A stretch of 32,000 nucleotides of DNA, taken from NCBI RefSeq assembly GCF_004102945.1, contig NZ_CP019384.1, forward strand, positions 240,001 to 272,000, given 5' to 3'. The notes under the pieces are model-generated. The model searched no databases, was not told where the DNA came from, and saw only the letters and a program-made list of their open reading frames with translations. Shown piece after piece: positions 9,372 through 16,858 of the stretch; the stretch's first letter is position 1, and the number at the start of each line of letters is the position of its first letter. Both the position numbers and the translations under genes were made by a program. Source of the DNA: Candidatus Velamenicoccus archaeovorus. Its GTDB lineage: Bacteria; Omnitrophota; Gorgyraeia; Velamenicoccales; Velamenicoccaceae.

Positions 9372-9466
9372 GCGCACCCGGCGCTTATATGGAATTGCGC
9401 CGGTGCAAAACATCCTGTTTTGCGCACCTTGCACTTATGTGGTATTGCGCAAGTGCGCATTTACTA
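9368..9466 (+). repeat. Two tandem 50-nt units, each a bulged hairpin/palindrome, directly upstream of tRNA-Arg
   Basis: Unit 1 is TTTTGCGCACCCGGCGC-TTATATGGAATT-GCGCCGGTGC. Unit 2 is TTTTGCGCACCTTGCAC-TTATGTGGTATT-GCGCAAGTGCGC. The period is exactly 50 nt (9372 aligns with 9422). Two stem pairs differ between units by compensatory double changes. Confidence 0.7.
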
Positions 9467-9467
9467 T

Positions 9468-9541
9468 GCGCCTGTAGCTCAACTGGATAGAGCGCTTGCC
9501 TTCGGAGCAAGATGTTGGTGGTTCGATTCCACTCAGGCGCA
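9468..9541 (+). tRNA. tRNA-Arg (anticodon UCG)
   Basis: Manual cloverleaf: acceptor GCGCCTG/CAGGCGC, D arm GCTC-AACTGGATA-GAGC, anticodon arm CTTGC-CTTCGGA-GCAAG (anticodon TCG), T arm GGTGG-TTCGATT-CCACT, discriminator A. No encoded CCA. Confidence 0.9.
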
Positions 9542-9609
9542 CAAAAATCCTTATTCAACAGGTTCCGGTCTTCGCTTGGCCTTAATGGCAATTCATGGAT
9601 ATATGAGTT

Positions 9610-9645
9610 TCCGCTTCGGCCTGGCTGAAGCCAGGCCGAAGCGGA
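9610..9645 (+). other. Perfect 16-bp GC-rich hairpin downstream of tRNA-Arg
   Basis: TCCGCTTCGGCCTGGC - TGAA - GCCAGGCCGAAGCGGA. No U-tract follows. Confidence 0.6.
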
Positions 9646-9724
9646 CCTCTCGAGGCGTATGAGGCGTCGGGAATTTTTTCGGTATGCGCTTGTTTCGGCA
9701 GGTGAGATTTTAGCGGAGCGGCAA

Positions 9725-11692
9725 ATGTTTTTATCTCAAAAAAATCCTTCCGGCAGACGTTTTATTTTTTTCATTTGTTGCTTTGTTTTTTTCGCCTTCA
9801 TCTTTTCCGTCTATGCCAGGGTGTTGTCCGCTCCTTTCCTTTGGGATGACGAATATCTTATAGGAAATAATTCCGCCTTGCGGAGCGCCGGAGGGCTCCT
9901 GAAGGCCATGGCCTCGGACCTGGGCGCCTGCGCGGGGGAGAAATGGAATTTTTTCCGTCCTCTCCAGCTTTTTTCTCTTGCCGCGAATTATTCTTTTTGC
10001 GGCCTTGACCCCTTTGGTTATCATGCAACGAATGTCCTTCTTCACGGTCTGACGTCTTTTTTGCTGGGACTTCTTTTTTGGGTTCTTTTCCGTCGTCTCC
10101 TGCTGGCGTGTCTTGCGGGGTTGTTTTTTTCCGTGCATCCGCTGCATACGGAGGCCGTCGCCTATATCTCGGGTCGTGCCGATATCCTTTCTTTGTTTTT
10201 TATCTGCCTCGCCTTGATCTGTTATCTTCAGGGATTGTCCCTGAAAGGTTTCGTTTATGATGCGGGTTTGTTTTTTTCCTTCGTCCTGGCGCTTCTCGCC
10301 AAAGAAAGCAGTCTGGTTTTCCCGGTCTTATGCCTCATCACGCACGTCGTCACCACGGCAAGACCTTCCTGGAGAAAACTGTTTTGGATGCTGGCGGCGG
10401 TTATTTTCTATGCGTCCGTCCGTTATCTTGCCCTGGGGATCCCCGGTTTGAGCCAACACGGTGCCTTGCCGTTTATGCAGAGATGCGCCGGATTTTTTGC
10501 CGCCGTCGCAACGTATGCGCGTCTCCTGTTTTTCCCCTGGCCGTTGCATATGGAATATGGGCTCAAGGTCTATTCTTTCAGGGACCCTGTTGTGATGGCA
10601 GGGGTGGGTGTTTTTATAGGACTTGTGGTTTTATGCCTGTCTGCGGTAAAAAAGCGGCCGGTGATTTTTTTCGGGTGTTGCTGGTTCTTGGCCGGTCTTT
10701 TGCCGGTTTCCAATCTCATCCCCTTGAATGCCGCTATAGCCGAGCACTGGCTTTATCTGCCGTCGGCGGGGTTCTTTCTGGTGGTGGCTGCCTTGTGGGA
10801 TGGCGCTCTTGACGCGGCCCCGCGGCGGACGGCAAGGCGTATCGGTCTTTGGGCGGCGGCGGGATTACTCGTCATCTGTTATGCGACGATGACGACATTC
10901 CAGCTCGGCTATTGGCGCGACCCGCGGTATTTCTATGAGAGGACCCTTGTCTATGCGCCGGACAGCCCCAGGATTTATAATCAACTGGGTATCCTTGATA
11001 TGAGAGAGCAACGTTATGAAGAGGCGAGGCAGCTTTTCGAGAAAGCGCTCCGGATGTCGCCGCGGTACGCCAAGGCTTATAATAATCTCGGCCAGTACTA
11101 TAGACAGACAAAGCGGCCGCGGGAAGCCCTGGATTTTTATTGGAAGGCCATCGCATTGAAAGAAGATTATGCCCCTGCCTACAATAATCTTTGTCAGGCC
11201 TATGCGGATTTGGGCCGGTATAATGATGCTTTGCCGGCATGCCGCCGGGCCTTGGAGCTTGATCCGGATTCGCCGGAAGCGCTCAGCAATATGGGAGGAG
11301 TCTATTATCGTCTGGGTGAAAAATTGAAGGCGCAACAGTACTTTGTCAGGGCTGTTGAAGGCGGCCTGCCTTCACCCGAAGCCCTGAATAACCTTGGCGT
11401 TCTGTTTTTGGAGAAGGGAGACTATGCTTCCGCCGAGAATTTTTTGAGGGAGAGTTTACGTCTACGGCCTTTAGATGCGCAGACGCATAACAACCTGGCC
11501 ATGGCGCTGGTTTTTTCCGGCCGGCCGCGGGAGGCGATCGGGCATTTTGAGCGGGCCATTGCCTTGGATCCTTCCTCGAGCGCGACATGGGTCAATCTGG
11601 CTTTGATCTATACCCGGCTCAAGGAATTCGAGAAGGCGGCTTTTTGTTATCAGGAGGCGCGCAAGCTCGGCCATGAGGATCCAACTCTTTGA
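9725..11692 (+). CDS. GT-C fold membrane glycosyltransferase-like protein (TMTC/PMT-like) with C-terminal TPR repeats
   Basis: Multi-pass hydrophobic N-terminal about 400 aa, with the first-loop acidic motif PFLWDDEYLI (GT-C DD/DE motif). At least six C-terminal TPR units (AKAYNNLGQYY, APAYNNLCQAY, PEALSNMGGVY, PEALNNLGVLF, AQTHNNLAMAL). ATG 9725 is chosen over 9659. Confidence 0.75.
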   Translation: MFLSQKNPSGRRFIFFICCFVFFAFIFSVYARVLSAPFLWDDEYLIGNNSALRSAGGLLKAMASDLGACAGEKWNFFRPLQLFSLAANYSFCGLDPFGYHATNVLLHGLTSFLLGLLFWVLFRRLLLACLAGLFFSVHPLHTEAVAYISGRADILSLFFICLALICYLQGLSLKGFVYDAGLFFSFVLALLAKESSLVFPVLCLITHVVTTARPSWRKLFWMLAAVIFYASVRYLALGIPGLSQHGALPFMQRCAGFFAAVATYARLLFFPWPLHMEYGLKVYSFRDPVVMAGVGVFIGLVVLCLSAVKKRPVIFFGCCWFLAGLLPVSNLIPLNAAIAEHWLYLPSAGFFLVVAALWDGALDAAPRRTARRIGLWAAAGLLVICYATMTTFQLGYWRDPRYFYERTLVYAPDSPRIYNQLGILDMREQRYEEARQLFEKALRMSPRYAKAYNNLGQYYRQTKRPREALDFYWKAIALKEDYAPAYNNLCQAYADLGRYNDALPACRRALELDPDSPEALSNMGGVYYRLGEKLKAQQYFVRAVEGGLPSPEALNNLGVLFLEKGDYASAENFLRESLRLRPLDAQTHNNLAMALVFSGRPREAIGHFERAIALDPSSSATWVNLALIYTRLKEFEKAAFCYQEARKLGHEDPTL

Positions 11693-11722
11693 TTTTTATC
11701 CCGCACCACCGTTGTGGAAGCC

Positions 11723-11757
11723 AAAAAAAGGCGCCCTTTCCAGGGCGCCTTTTTTAT
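11723..11757. terminator. Bidirectional intrinsic terminator between convergent genes
   Basis: AAAAAAA-GGCGCCCT-TTCC-AGGGCGCC-TTTTTTAT: an 8-bp GC stem flanked by an A-run and a T-run. Confidence 0.8.
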
Positions 11758-11775
11758 TTCGACGGCAGATGTCGG

Positions 11776-12129
11776 TTATTTGCTGCCGGTTTTGTCTGCT
11801 TGTTCTACCTGATCGAAAACGTAGTCCGGGTGATACAGAGGTTCATAATCTTTGGGGATAGCGGCCGGGAACGTCAGCACATCCCAGACGCCCGATCCTG
11901 TGCGGACAACGGCCTGGACCATGCCTTTGAAAAATCCGGCAAAGATGCCCACGGCGGCATTGTTGCTTTCTTTCCATTCCTGTCCGATCGTTTGAGGTAC
12001 TTCGAGGAAACCCGTTGCGACATTGGCGATACCGCGTGCCAATTTATCACCGGGGGTCTTTGCCATGGCAGGCGTGGCCAAGCTCAAGACAAGAGCGCAG
12101 ACAGCAATCAACCTTACTGCATTTCTCAT
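11776..12129 (-). CDS. Secreted small protein resembling the exosortase system-associated TIGR04073 family
   Basis: 117 aa. Signal peptide ends ...LATPAMA. Motifs KLARGIANVATGFLEVPQTI and VVRTGSGVWDVLTFPAAIPKDYEPLYHPDYVF match my recollection of this family. AAGGAGG SD upstream on the minus strand. Confidence 0.6.
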   Translation of the reverse strand: MRNAVRLIAVCALVLSLATPAMAKTPGDKLARGIANVATGFLEVPQTIGQEWKESNNAAVGIFAGFFKGMVQAVVRTGSGVWDVLTFPAAIPKDYEPLYHPDYVFDQVEQADKTGSK

Positions 12130-12316
12130 GCGTCCTCCTTTTCGACAGCGTCCTCTCGCCCCATGCGGAGGAATCTTCTTTTTAAGCTACCATACTGTCT
12201 TGTGTATTGTCAAGGGAGTCTTTTTGAGGATTTTTGGTTCCAGCGGGTGTATAATATAAATAAAGGTTGTCGACCGTCCGCGCTCTGTTGTGCCGCGACG
12301 CTTACCAGCGTGACCT

Positions 12317-14242
12317 ATGAGCATCCGAAAGAAGTTTATCGTCTTCATCGGCCTTTCCATCATTACCATCCTCTGCACAGCTTTTCTCTTGGGATATTTT
12401 TATCTTTATCTCCCCCGGCTCGAAACCATCGGTTCTAACCAGGCCCGTGCTGCGCAGCAACTTGCTTATGCGCTTAGCGCGATCATTGATGAAAGAGTTC
12501 GGGATTTCCCCGCGCTTCTGGCTTTCAGGGGGTATGGAGACGTCCTTGCCGTCGCCAACAGCCGTTATCGCGATATCAATCCCGAAGAGATCGTCTCCCA
12601 GATGCAGGAGATCGACAAGAAGTGGTCCCGGATCACGCAGGATGGTTCCTACAGGCAATATCTCAACAGGGATGTGAGCGACGATCTGCACCGGTTGCAG
12701 AAACAAGACAGCTATATGATCGGCGAACTTCTCTTGACGGACGCCCATGGCGGCCTGGTAGCGGCATCCGGAAAGACAACGGACTATTATCAGGCCGATG
12801 AAGAGTGGTGGCAGAAGGCGGTCGCCCAGAAAGGAAACGTCTATGTGGGGGAGGCGGAATATGACGCCTCCAGCGGTGTTTTTTCGGTTCCTTTGGCATT
12901 TGCCTTGAGGGATACGGAACGCCATCTCGTCGGCGTCTTCAAGGTCGTTGTGGATATCAACGCCTTCTTTTATATCCTGGTAAATTATGAAAAACAGGAG
13001 GATGTCAGTATCACGTTGTTGAACAGCCGCAACGAGATCCTTTTTCATGCCGGCGTCCAGCCTTTGAGCCGCAGCTTGCCTGAATTTGAGGCCATGGAGA
13101 AGAGCGGCCGCAAGTGGATGATCGTCAATGATTCCAGTTTTCGTGAGAGGCCGGCCGGCGTTTTTCTGGCTTATGCCGATGTCGTGCATCCGTGGTTTGT
13201 GGTCAACGGCCTGCACTGGAAGGTTATTATCATCCAGGACAAAGACATGATCATGCGGCCGCTATACCTGTTTTTGCTGCGTTTGGTCCTGGCGGAGGGG
13301 TGCATGCTGGCGCTTCTTCTTGTTTTCGCCTTTATCTTCGGGACCATGACGGTCAAACCTCTGGAGAAGCTCAGCCGCGGCACGGAAGTGGTTGCGGCCG
13401 GAGACCTGGATTACCAGGTAAACATTCATTCGGGAGACGAGGTTGAACGTCTGGCAAAATCTTTTAACAAAATGACGCAGTCGTTGCGGCAGACGAACCT
13501 CAAAAGGGAACAGGCCGAGGATAATCTGAAGAGGGCCCTCAAGATCAAGAGCGAATTTACCTCGACGGTCTCCCATGAGCTCAAGACACCCTTGGCCGCC
13601 ATCAGGGAGGGGGTCCAGTTGGTCGTCGACGGCAGCTTGGGACCCGTGAACGCCGAACAGAAAGATTGTCTTCAGATCGTCAAGGGCAATATTGAGCGGC
13701 TGGTGCGGTTGATCAATGATATCCTTGATTTTCAGAGGCTGGAATCGGGGAGGATGGCTTTTGATATGAGGCCGAACGATCTCCACGCCTTGATCCGGGA
13801 GGTCGTCCAGACGATGGCCTTCTCGGCCCAGAAGAAGGGGCTGGACCTCTCGATGCGCTTGGGGCCCGGACCTCTCGTTTGTCTCTTCGACCGGGACAAG
13901 ATCGCGCAGGTCTTGAGCAATATCCTGAGCAACGCCATCAAGTTTACCGAAAAGGGAAGCGTCGTGGTCTCTGCGTCCAGCCGCGGCCCCCATGTGTTGG
14001 TGTCCGTCGAAGACACAGGCATAGGCGTTAAGCGGGAAGATATCCCCAGGCTTTTCCAGCGGTTTGCCCAGATCCAGGAAAAGGGATATCGCAAGACCGG
14101 CGGGACAGGCCTTGGTCTGGTCATTTCGCGAGAAATCATCAAGCATCATCAGGGCGACATCTGGATCGAGCCAGGAAAACACCAGGGCGCGGTCGTGTGT
14201 TTCACCCTGCCATTACAACAAAATCCCTCTGCCCATGCCTAA
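12317..14242 (+). CDS. Sensor histidine kinase (two TM segments, large extracytoplasmic domain, HAMP, HisKA, HATPase_c)
   Basis: TM1 is FIVFIGLSIITILCTAFLLGYF. TM2 is around LVLAEGCMLALLLVFAFIFG. HAMP (VAAGDLDYQV...EVERLAKSFNKM), H-box SHELKTPLAAI, N-box NILSNAIKFT, G-boxes DTGIGV and GGTGLGL. Confidence 0.9.
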   Translation: MSIRKKFIVFIGLSIITILCTAFLLGYFYLYLPRLETIGSNQARAAQQLAYALSAIIDERVRDFPALLAFRGYGDVLAVANSRYRDINPEEIVSQMQEIDKKWSRITQDGSYRQYLNRDVSDDLHRLQKQDSYMIGELLLTDAHGGLVAASGKTTDYYQADEEWWQKAVAQKGNVYVGEAEYDASSGVFSVPLAFALRDTERHLVGVFKVVVDINAFFYILVNYEKQEDVSITLLNSRNEILFHAGVQPLSRSLPEFEAMEKSGRKWMIVNDSSFRERPAGVFLAYADVVHPWFVVNGLHWKVIIIQDKDMIMRPLYLFLLRLVLAEGCMLALLLVFAFIFGTMTVKPLEKLSRGTEVVAAGDLDYQVNIHSGDEVERLAKSFNKMTQSLRQTNLKREQAEDNLKRALKIKSEFTSTVSHELKTPLAAIREGVQLVVDGSLGPVNAEQKDCLQIVKGNIERLVRLINDILDFQRLESGRMAFDMRPNDLHALIREVVQTMAFSAQKKGLDLSMRLGPGPLVCLFDRDKIAQVLSNILSNAIKFTEKGSVVVSASSRGPHVLVSVEDTGIGVKREDIPRLFQRFAQIQEKGYRKTGGTGLGLVISREIIKHHQGDIWIEPGKHQGAVVCFTLPLQQNPSAHA

Positions 14243-14624
14243 GAAGATCCTCATTGTTGATGACGAAGCGGATATCCAGAAACTGGTCGGCCTGCGGTTG
14301 CGCAAGGCGGGCTACGACGTGGAGGTGGTCGGCAGCGGCTTGGCTGCCATTGAGGTCATCAGGCTCCAGAAACCGGACTTGATCCTTTTGGATCTCCGCT
14401 TGCCCGGCGTCGATGGTTTCAAGGTATGCCGGCAGGTCAAGGAGGACCCGGCCCTGAAAAAGACCCCCGTCATCATTTTTACGGCCATCCATCCCGAGAC
14501 GATCATACAGCAAATCAAGCAGTGTCAGGCTGACGATTTCATTCTTAAACCGTTCCAATCCGACGATCTTTTGGAGAGGATACGCCAATGCCTGGGGGAG
14601 AAACAGGGCGCCGCGGGAGAGTGA
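14235..14624 (+). CDS. Single-domain (CheY-like) response regulator receiver
   Basis: 129 aa. KILIVDDEADI, phospho-acceptor context LILLDLRLPGVDG, and conserved T/K positions (IIFTA, ILKPF). No output domain. ATG overlaps the kinase stop by 8 nt. Confidence 0.88.
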   Translation: MPKKILIVDDEADIQKLVGLRLRKAGYDVEVVGSGLAAIEVIRLQKPDLILLDLRLPGVDGFKVCRQVKEDPALKKTPVIIFTAIHPETIIQQIKQCQADDFILKPFQSDDLLERIRQCLGEKQGAAGE

Positions 14625-14625
14625 T

Positions 14626-15030
14626 ATGAGACGTCTGTCCGCCGTACGCGGGATAGGGTTGCTGTTTTTTTTCTGTTTTTGTTCGCATGTGTTCGCTGCC
14701 GGCACCGATGCGTCCGCCGGCGGCCGGACGGTGACGACAAAAGTGGGGGAGGTCTTTGTGATCGCCCTTGATGCCAACCGGACCACAGGGTACCAATGGG
14801 TCTTGGCGCGCCCTCTCAACGAGAAAAAGGCCGAATTCATCTGTAGTAAATACAAGAAACTGTCGGACGGCCGCGCCGGCGAAGCAGGGGAGGATTTGCT
14901 GCTCTTTAAGGCCTTGAGTCCCGGCAAGATAAAGATCTATCTCAAATACGTCCGCCTTTGGGAGAAGGATAAAAAACCGGCCCGGAAGGCCGTCTACACC
15001 GTGATCATCCGGCCGCTGCCGGCGGCATGA
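14626..15030 (+). CDS. Secreted chagasin-family (MEROPS I42) cysteine peptidase inhibitor-like protein
   Basis: Signal peptide GLLFFFCFCSHVFAAG. VGEVFVIALDANRTTGYQWVL matches the chagasin NPTTG[FY]xW loop. A second loop GEAGEDLLLF and a third loop YVRLWEK (RPW-like) are present. It starts 1 nt after the regulator stop. Confidence 0.75.
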   Translation: MRRLSAVRGIGLLFFFCFCSHVFAAGTDASAGGRTVTTKVGEVFVIALDANRTTGYQWVLARPLNEKKAEFICSKYKKLSDGRAGEAGEDLLLFKALSPGKIKIYLKYVRLWEKDKKPARKAVYTVIIRPLPAA

Positions 15031-15110
15031 CCGTGCGTTCCCTTTTAGCATCTCTCCTTCTGACCGCCTTTTGTTTTTGTTGAGTCCGAATAAAAAATAT
15101 TCCTTGCCTT

Positions 15111-15170
15111 TTGTATGCGCATAGATATAATAATATGCATAAGTATATGATTATATGTATTTGCATACAA
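15111..15170. promoter_or_regulatory. AT-rich promoter/operator-like island with nested palindromes
   Basis: TTGTATGC (15111-15118) and GCATACAA (15163-15170) form an 8-bp inverted repeat about 45 bp apart. TATGCGCATA (15114-15123) is a perfect palindrome. ATGCAT and TATAT motifs lie between them. The GC content here is much lower than in the surrounding sequence. Confidence 0.5.
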
Positions 15171-15187
15171 GAGAATATCGTCCTGCC

Positions 15188-16858
15188 ATGATTGAATTGA
15201 CCAAAAACAAGATCCGTCTTCTGAAACTCTTTTATACCCATCCAGACGAAGCGTTCTATATGCAGCAGATCGGGCGCATGCTCGGCAAGAAGCCCGGCGT
15301 CTTCCAGAGGACCATCAATGGCCTGGAGAAGCAAGGGGTCCTTGTTAGCGAATACAAGGCCAACGCAAGGTTCTTTAAGGCCAATACCAAGTCGCCGGTC
15401 TATGCCGAACTGCGCGAGCTGGTGATGAAGTATGAGAAGCTTTTCAAGAAAGGCTTTGGCGCTTTTATCCTTCTTGGCCTCGCTTCGTGGCTCGCATGCG
15501 CGCCGGCGCAGGCAGCCAACACCAAAGAGTCGGCCGGGCGCGGGGCGATGACCATCGACGGCGCCATCTCTACGGCTTTTGCCAATAACAAGAACATCCT
15601 GATCCAGGAAAAAGAGGTGGAGGCGGCCAGGGCCCAGATCCTGGATGCCCGGAGCGCTTTTATGCCGCAGGTGAACGTCGAGGGCGGCTATAAGCGCGTC
15701 GGCTCCGTCCCCCAGGCCAATGCTGCCATCTCCGGCAAGAAAGATTACGGCGTTTATGTCGGTTACGAGAATGATAATCAGTGGGGTCTGGCCGTCGACC
15801 AGTCCCTCTATACGGGCGGCGCCAACACGGCCAATTTGAGGCAGCAGCAATTGGGCCTCAAGGTCCAGGAAGAGACGCTGCGGGCGCTTAAGTTGGATGC
15901 GGCGTTTGAGACCAAGAGATTGTTTTTCGGGTTGCTGCTGGCCTATGAGATCGCACGCATCGCCCAGGACCTGCTCGACCAGGCCGCGGCCCATTATGAG
16001 GATGTTAAAAAGAAATATAAGGAAGGCACGGCGTCGCGTTTCGACCTTTTGCAGTCCAAGGTCCAGGTGACAAAGGTGATGCCGGAGTTGATCCGTGCCA
16101 AGAACGCCATCCGCTTGAGCATGGCCGACCTGAACAAAGAACTGGGCCTGGGGGTCTATGATCCCCTGGTTGTCGACGGCAAGCTTGTCTATCTGCCGGT
16201 CGCCATCACTGAGGAGGCGTTTTTGGCCAAGGCCTACATCCACAGGCCGGAGATGATCATCAAGCTTTTGGGCATCGATATCGCCAAGTGGTCCATCAAG
16301 GCGGCCCACGCCGGATACCGTCCCCAGGTGAATCTGAGTGCAGACTATTACTACCGTTCGGACGACTATTCCGACATGTTCAATCAGCGCCACAATAATT
16401 GGGATGTGGGCGTCTCCGTCCGCGTCCCAATCTTCGACGGTTTTTCGTCATTGGCCAAAGTCCGGGAAGCCAAGGCCCGTTACGCCCAGTCCCAATTGAG
16501 CCAAGAGGATGTGGCGGACCAGACCGCCCTTTTGATCCGCCGGGATTGTCTCAATCTCCGTGAAGCCCAGGCGATCATCGATTCCCAGAAAGACAATGTC
16601 TCCGAGGCTAAAGAGGCCCTGCAGATCGCGATCGTCAGCTATGACAACGGCGTTGGCACGAACCTGGATGTTCTGGATGCGCAGGTGTCTTTGGCACAGA
16701 TCGAGCAGACCCTGGCTGAAGGGGTATACGATTATATGATGGCGCAGGCGGCCCTGGACCGCGACACGGGCAACCTGTCCGCCGAAGAAAAGATTTCAGA
16801 TGACAAGAAACCGGACGTGCCCGGCGAAGTTCCGGCCAAAGCGGAGAAAAAAATATGA
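15188..16858 (+). CDS. TolC-family outer membrane efflux protein, read in-frame with an N-terminal winged-helix-like segment (alternative start ATG 15425 gives a canonical signal peptide)
   Basis: Residues after 15425 are MKYEKLFKKGFGAFILLGLASWLACAPAQA|AN, then the two TolC repeats (AISTAFANNKNIL, RSAFMPQVNVEGGYKR, ... YDNGVGTNLDVLDAQ). The upstream about 80 aa (LLKLFYTHPDEAFYMQQIGRMLGKKPGVFQRTINGLEKQGVLVSEYKANARFFKAN) look like an ArsR/MarR-type wHTH. No stop codon separates the two parts. Confidence 0.8.
   Translation: MIELTKNKIRLLKLFYTHPDEAFYMQQIGRMLGKKPGVFQRTINGLEKQGVLVSEYKANARFFKANTKSPVYAELRELVMKYEKLFKKGFGAFILLGLASWLACAPAQAANTKESAGRGAMTIDGAISTAFANNKNILIQEKEVEAARAQILDARSAFMPQVNVEGGYKRVGSVPQANAAISGKKDYGVYVGYENDNQWGLAVDQSLYTGGANTANLRQQQLGLKVQEETLRALKLDAAFETKRLFFGLLLAYEIARIAQDLLDQAAAHYEDVKKKYKEGTASRFDLLQSKVQVTKVMPELIRAKNAIRLSMADLNKELGLGVYDPLVVDGKLVYLPVAITEEAFLAKAYIHRPEMIIKLLGIDIAKWSIKAAHAGYRPQVNLSADYYYRSDDYSDMFNQRHNNWDVGVSVRVPIFDGFSSLAKVREAKARYAQSQLSQEDVADQTALLIRRDCLNLREAQAIIDSQKDNVSEAKEALQIAIVSYDNGVGTNLDVLDAQVSLAQIEQTLAEGVYDYMMAQAALDRDTGNLSAEEKISDDKKPDVPGEVPAKAEKKI

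Noticed and set aside
9368-9466. The tandem units upstream of tRNA-Arg read as sigma54 (-24/-12) or duplicated sigma70 promoters.
   Set aside because: GG and GC elements are not at the required 10-nt spacing for sigma54. The candidate TTGCGC-N16-GG(A/T)ATT pairs are poor sigma70 matches. The promoter role is left open.
11689-12438. A 249-aa plus-strand ORF spanning the terminator, the TIGR04073-like gene (antisense) and the divergent promoter region.
   Set aside because: It reads through a strong bidirectional terminator and a promoter region, and it has no motifs. The minus-strand gene has a signal peptide, an SD and family motifs.
15005-16393. A 462-aa minus-strand ORF antisense to the TolC gene. 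Similar cases are 12302-13216, 13262-14182, 17693-18604, 18474-19379, 19454-20632 and 20514-21764.
   Set aside because: I checked phase alignment for three of them (15005-16393, 19454-20632 and 20514-21764): each is phase-aligned antisense to a well-supported plus-strand gene. The other four were not phase-checked. All lie antisense to well-supported plus-strand genes, and their compositions are D/R/G/L/H-rich with no motifs and no SDs.
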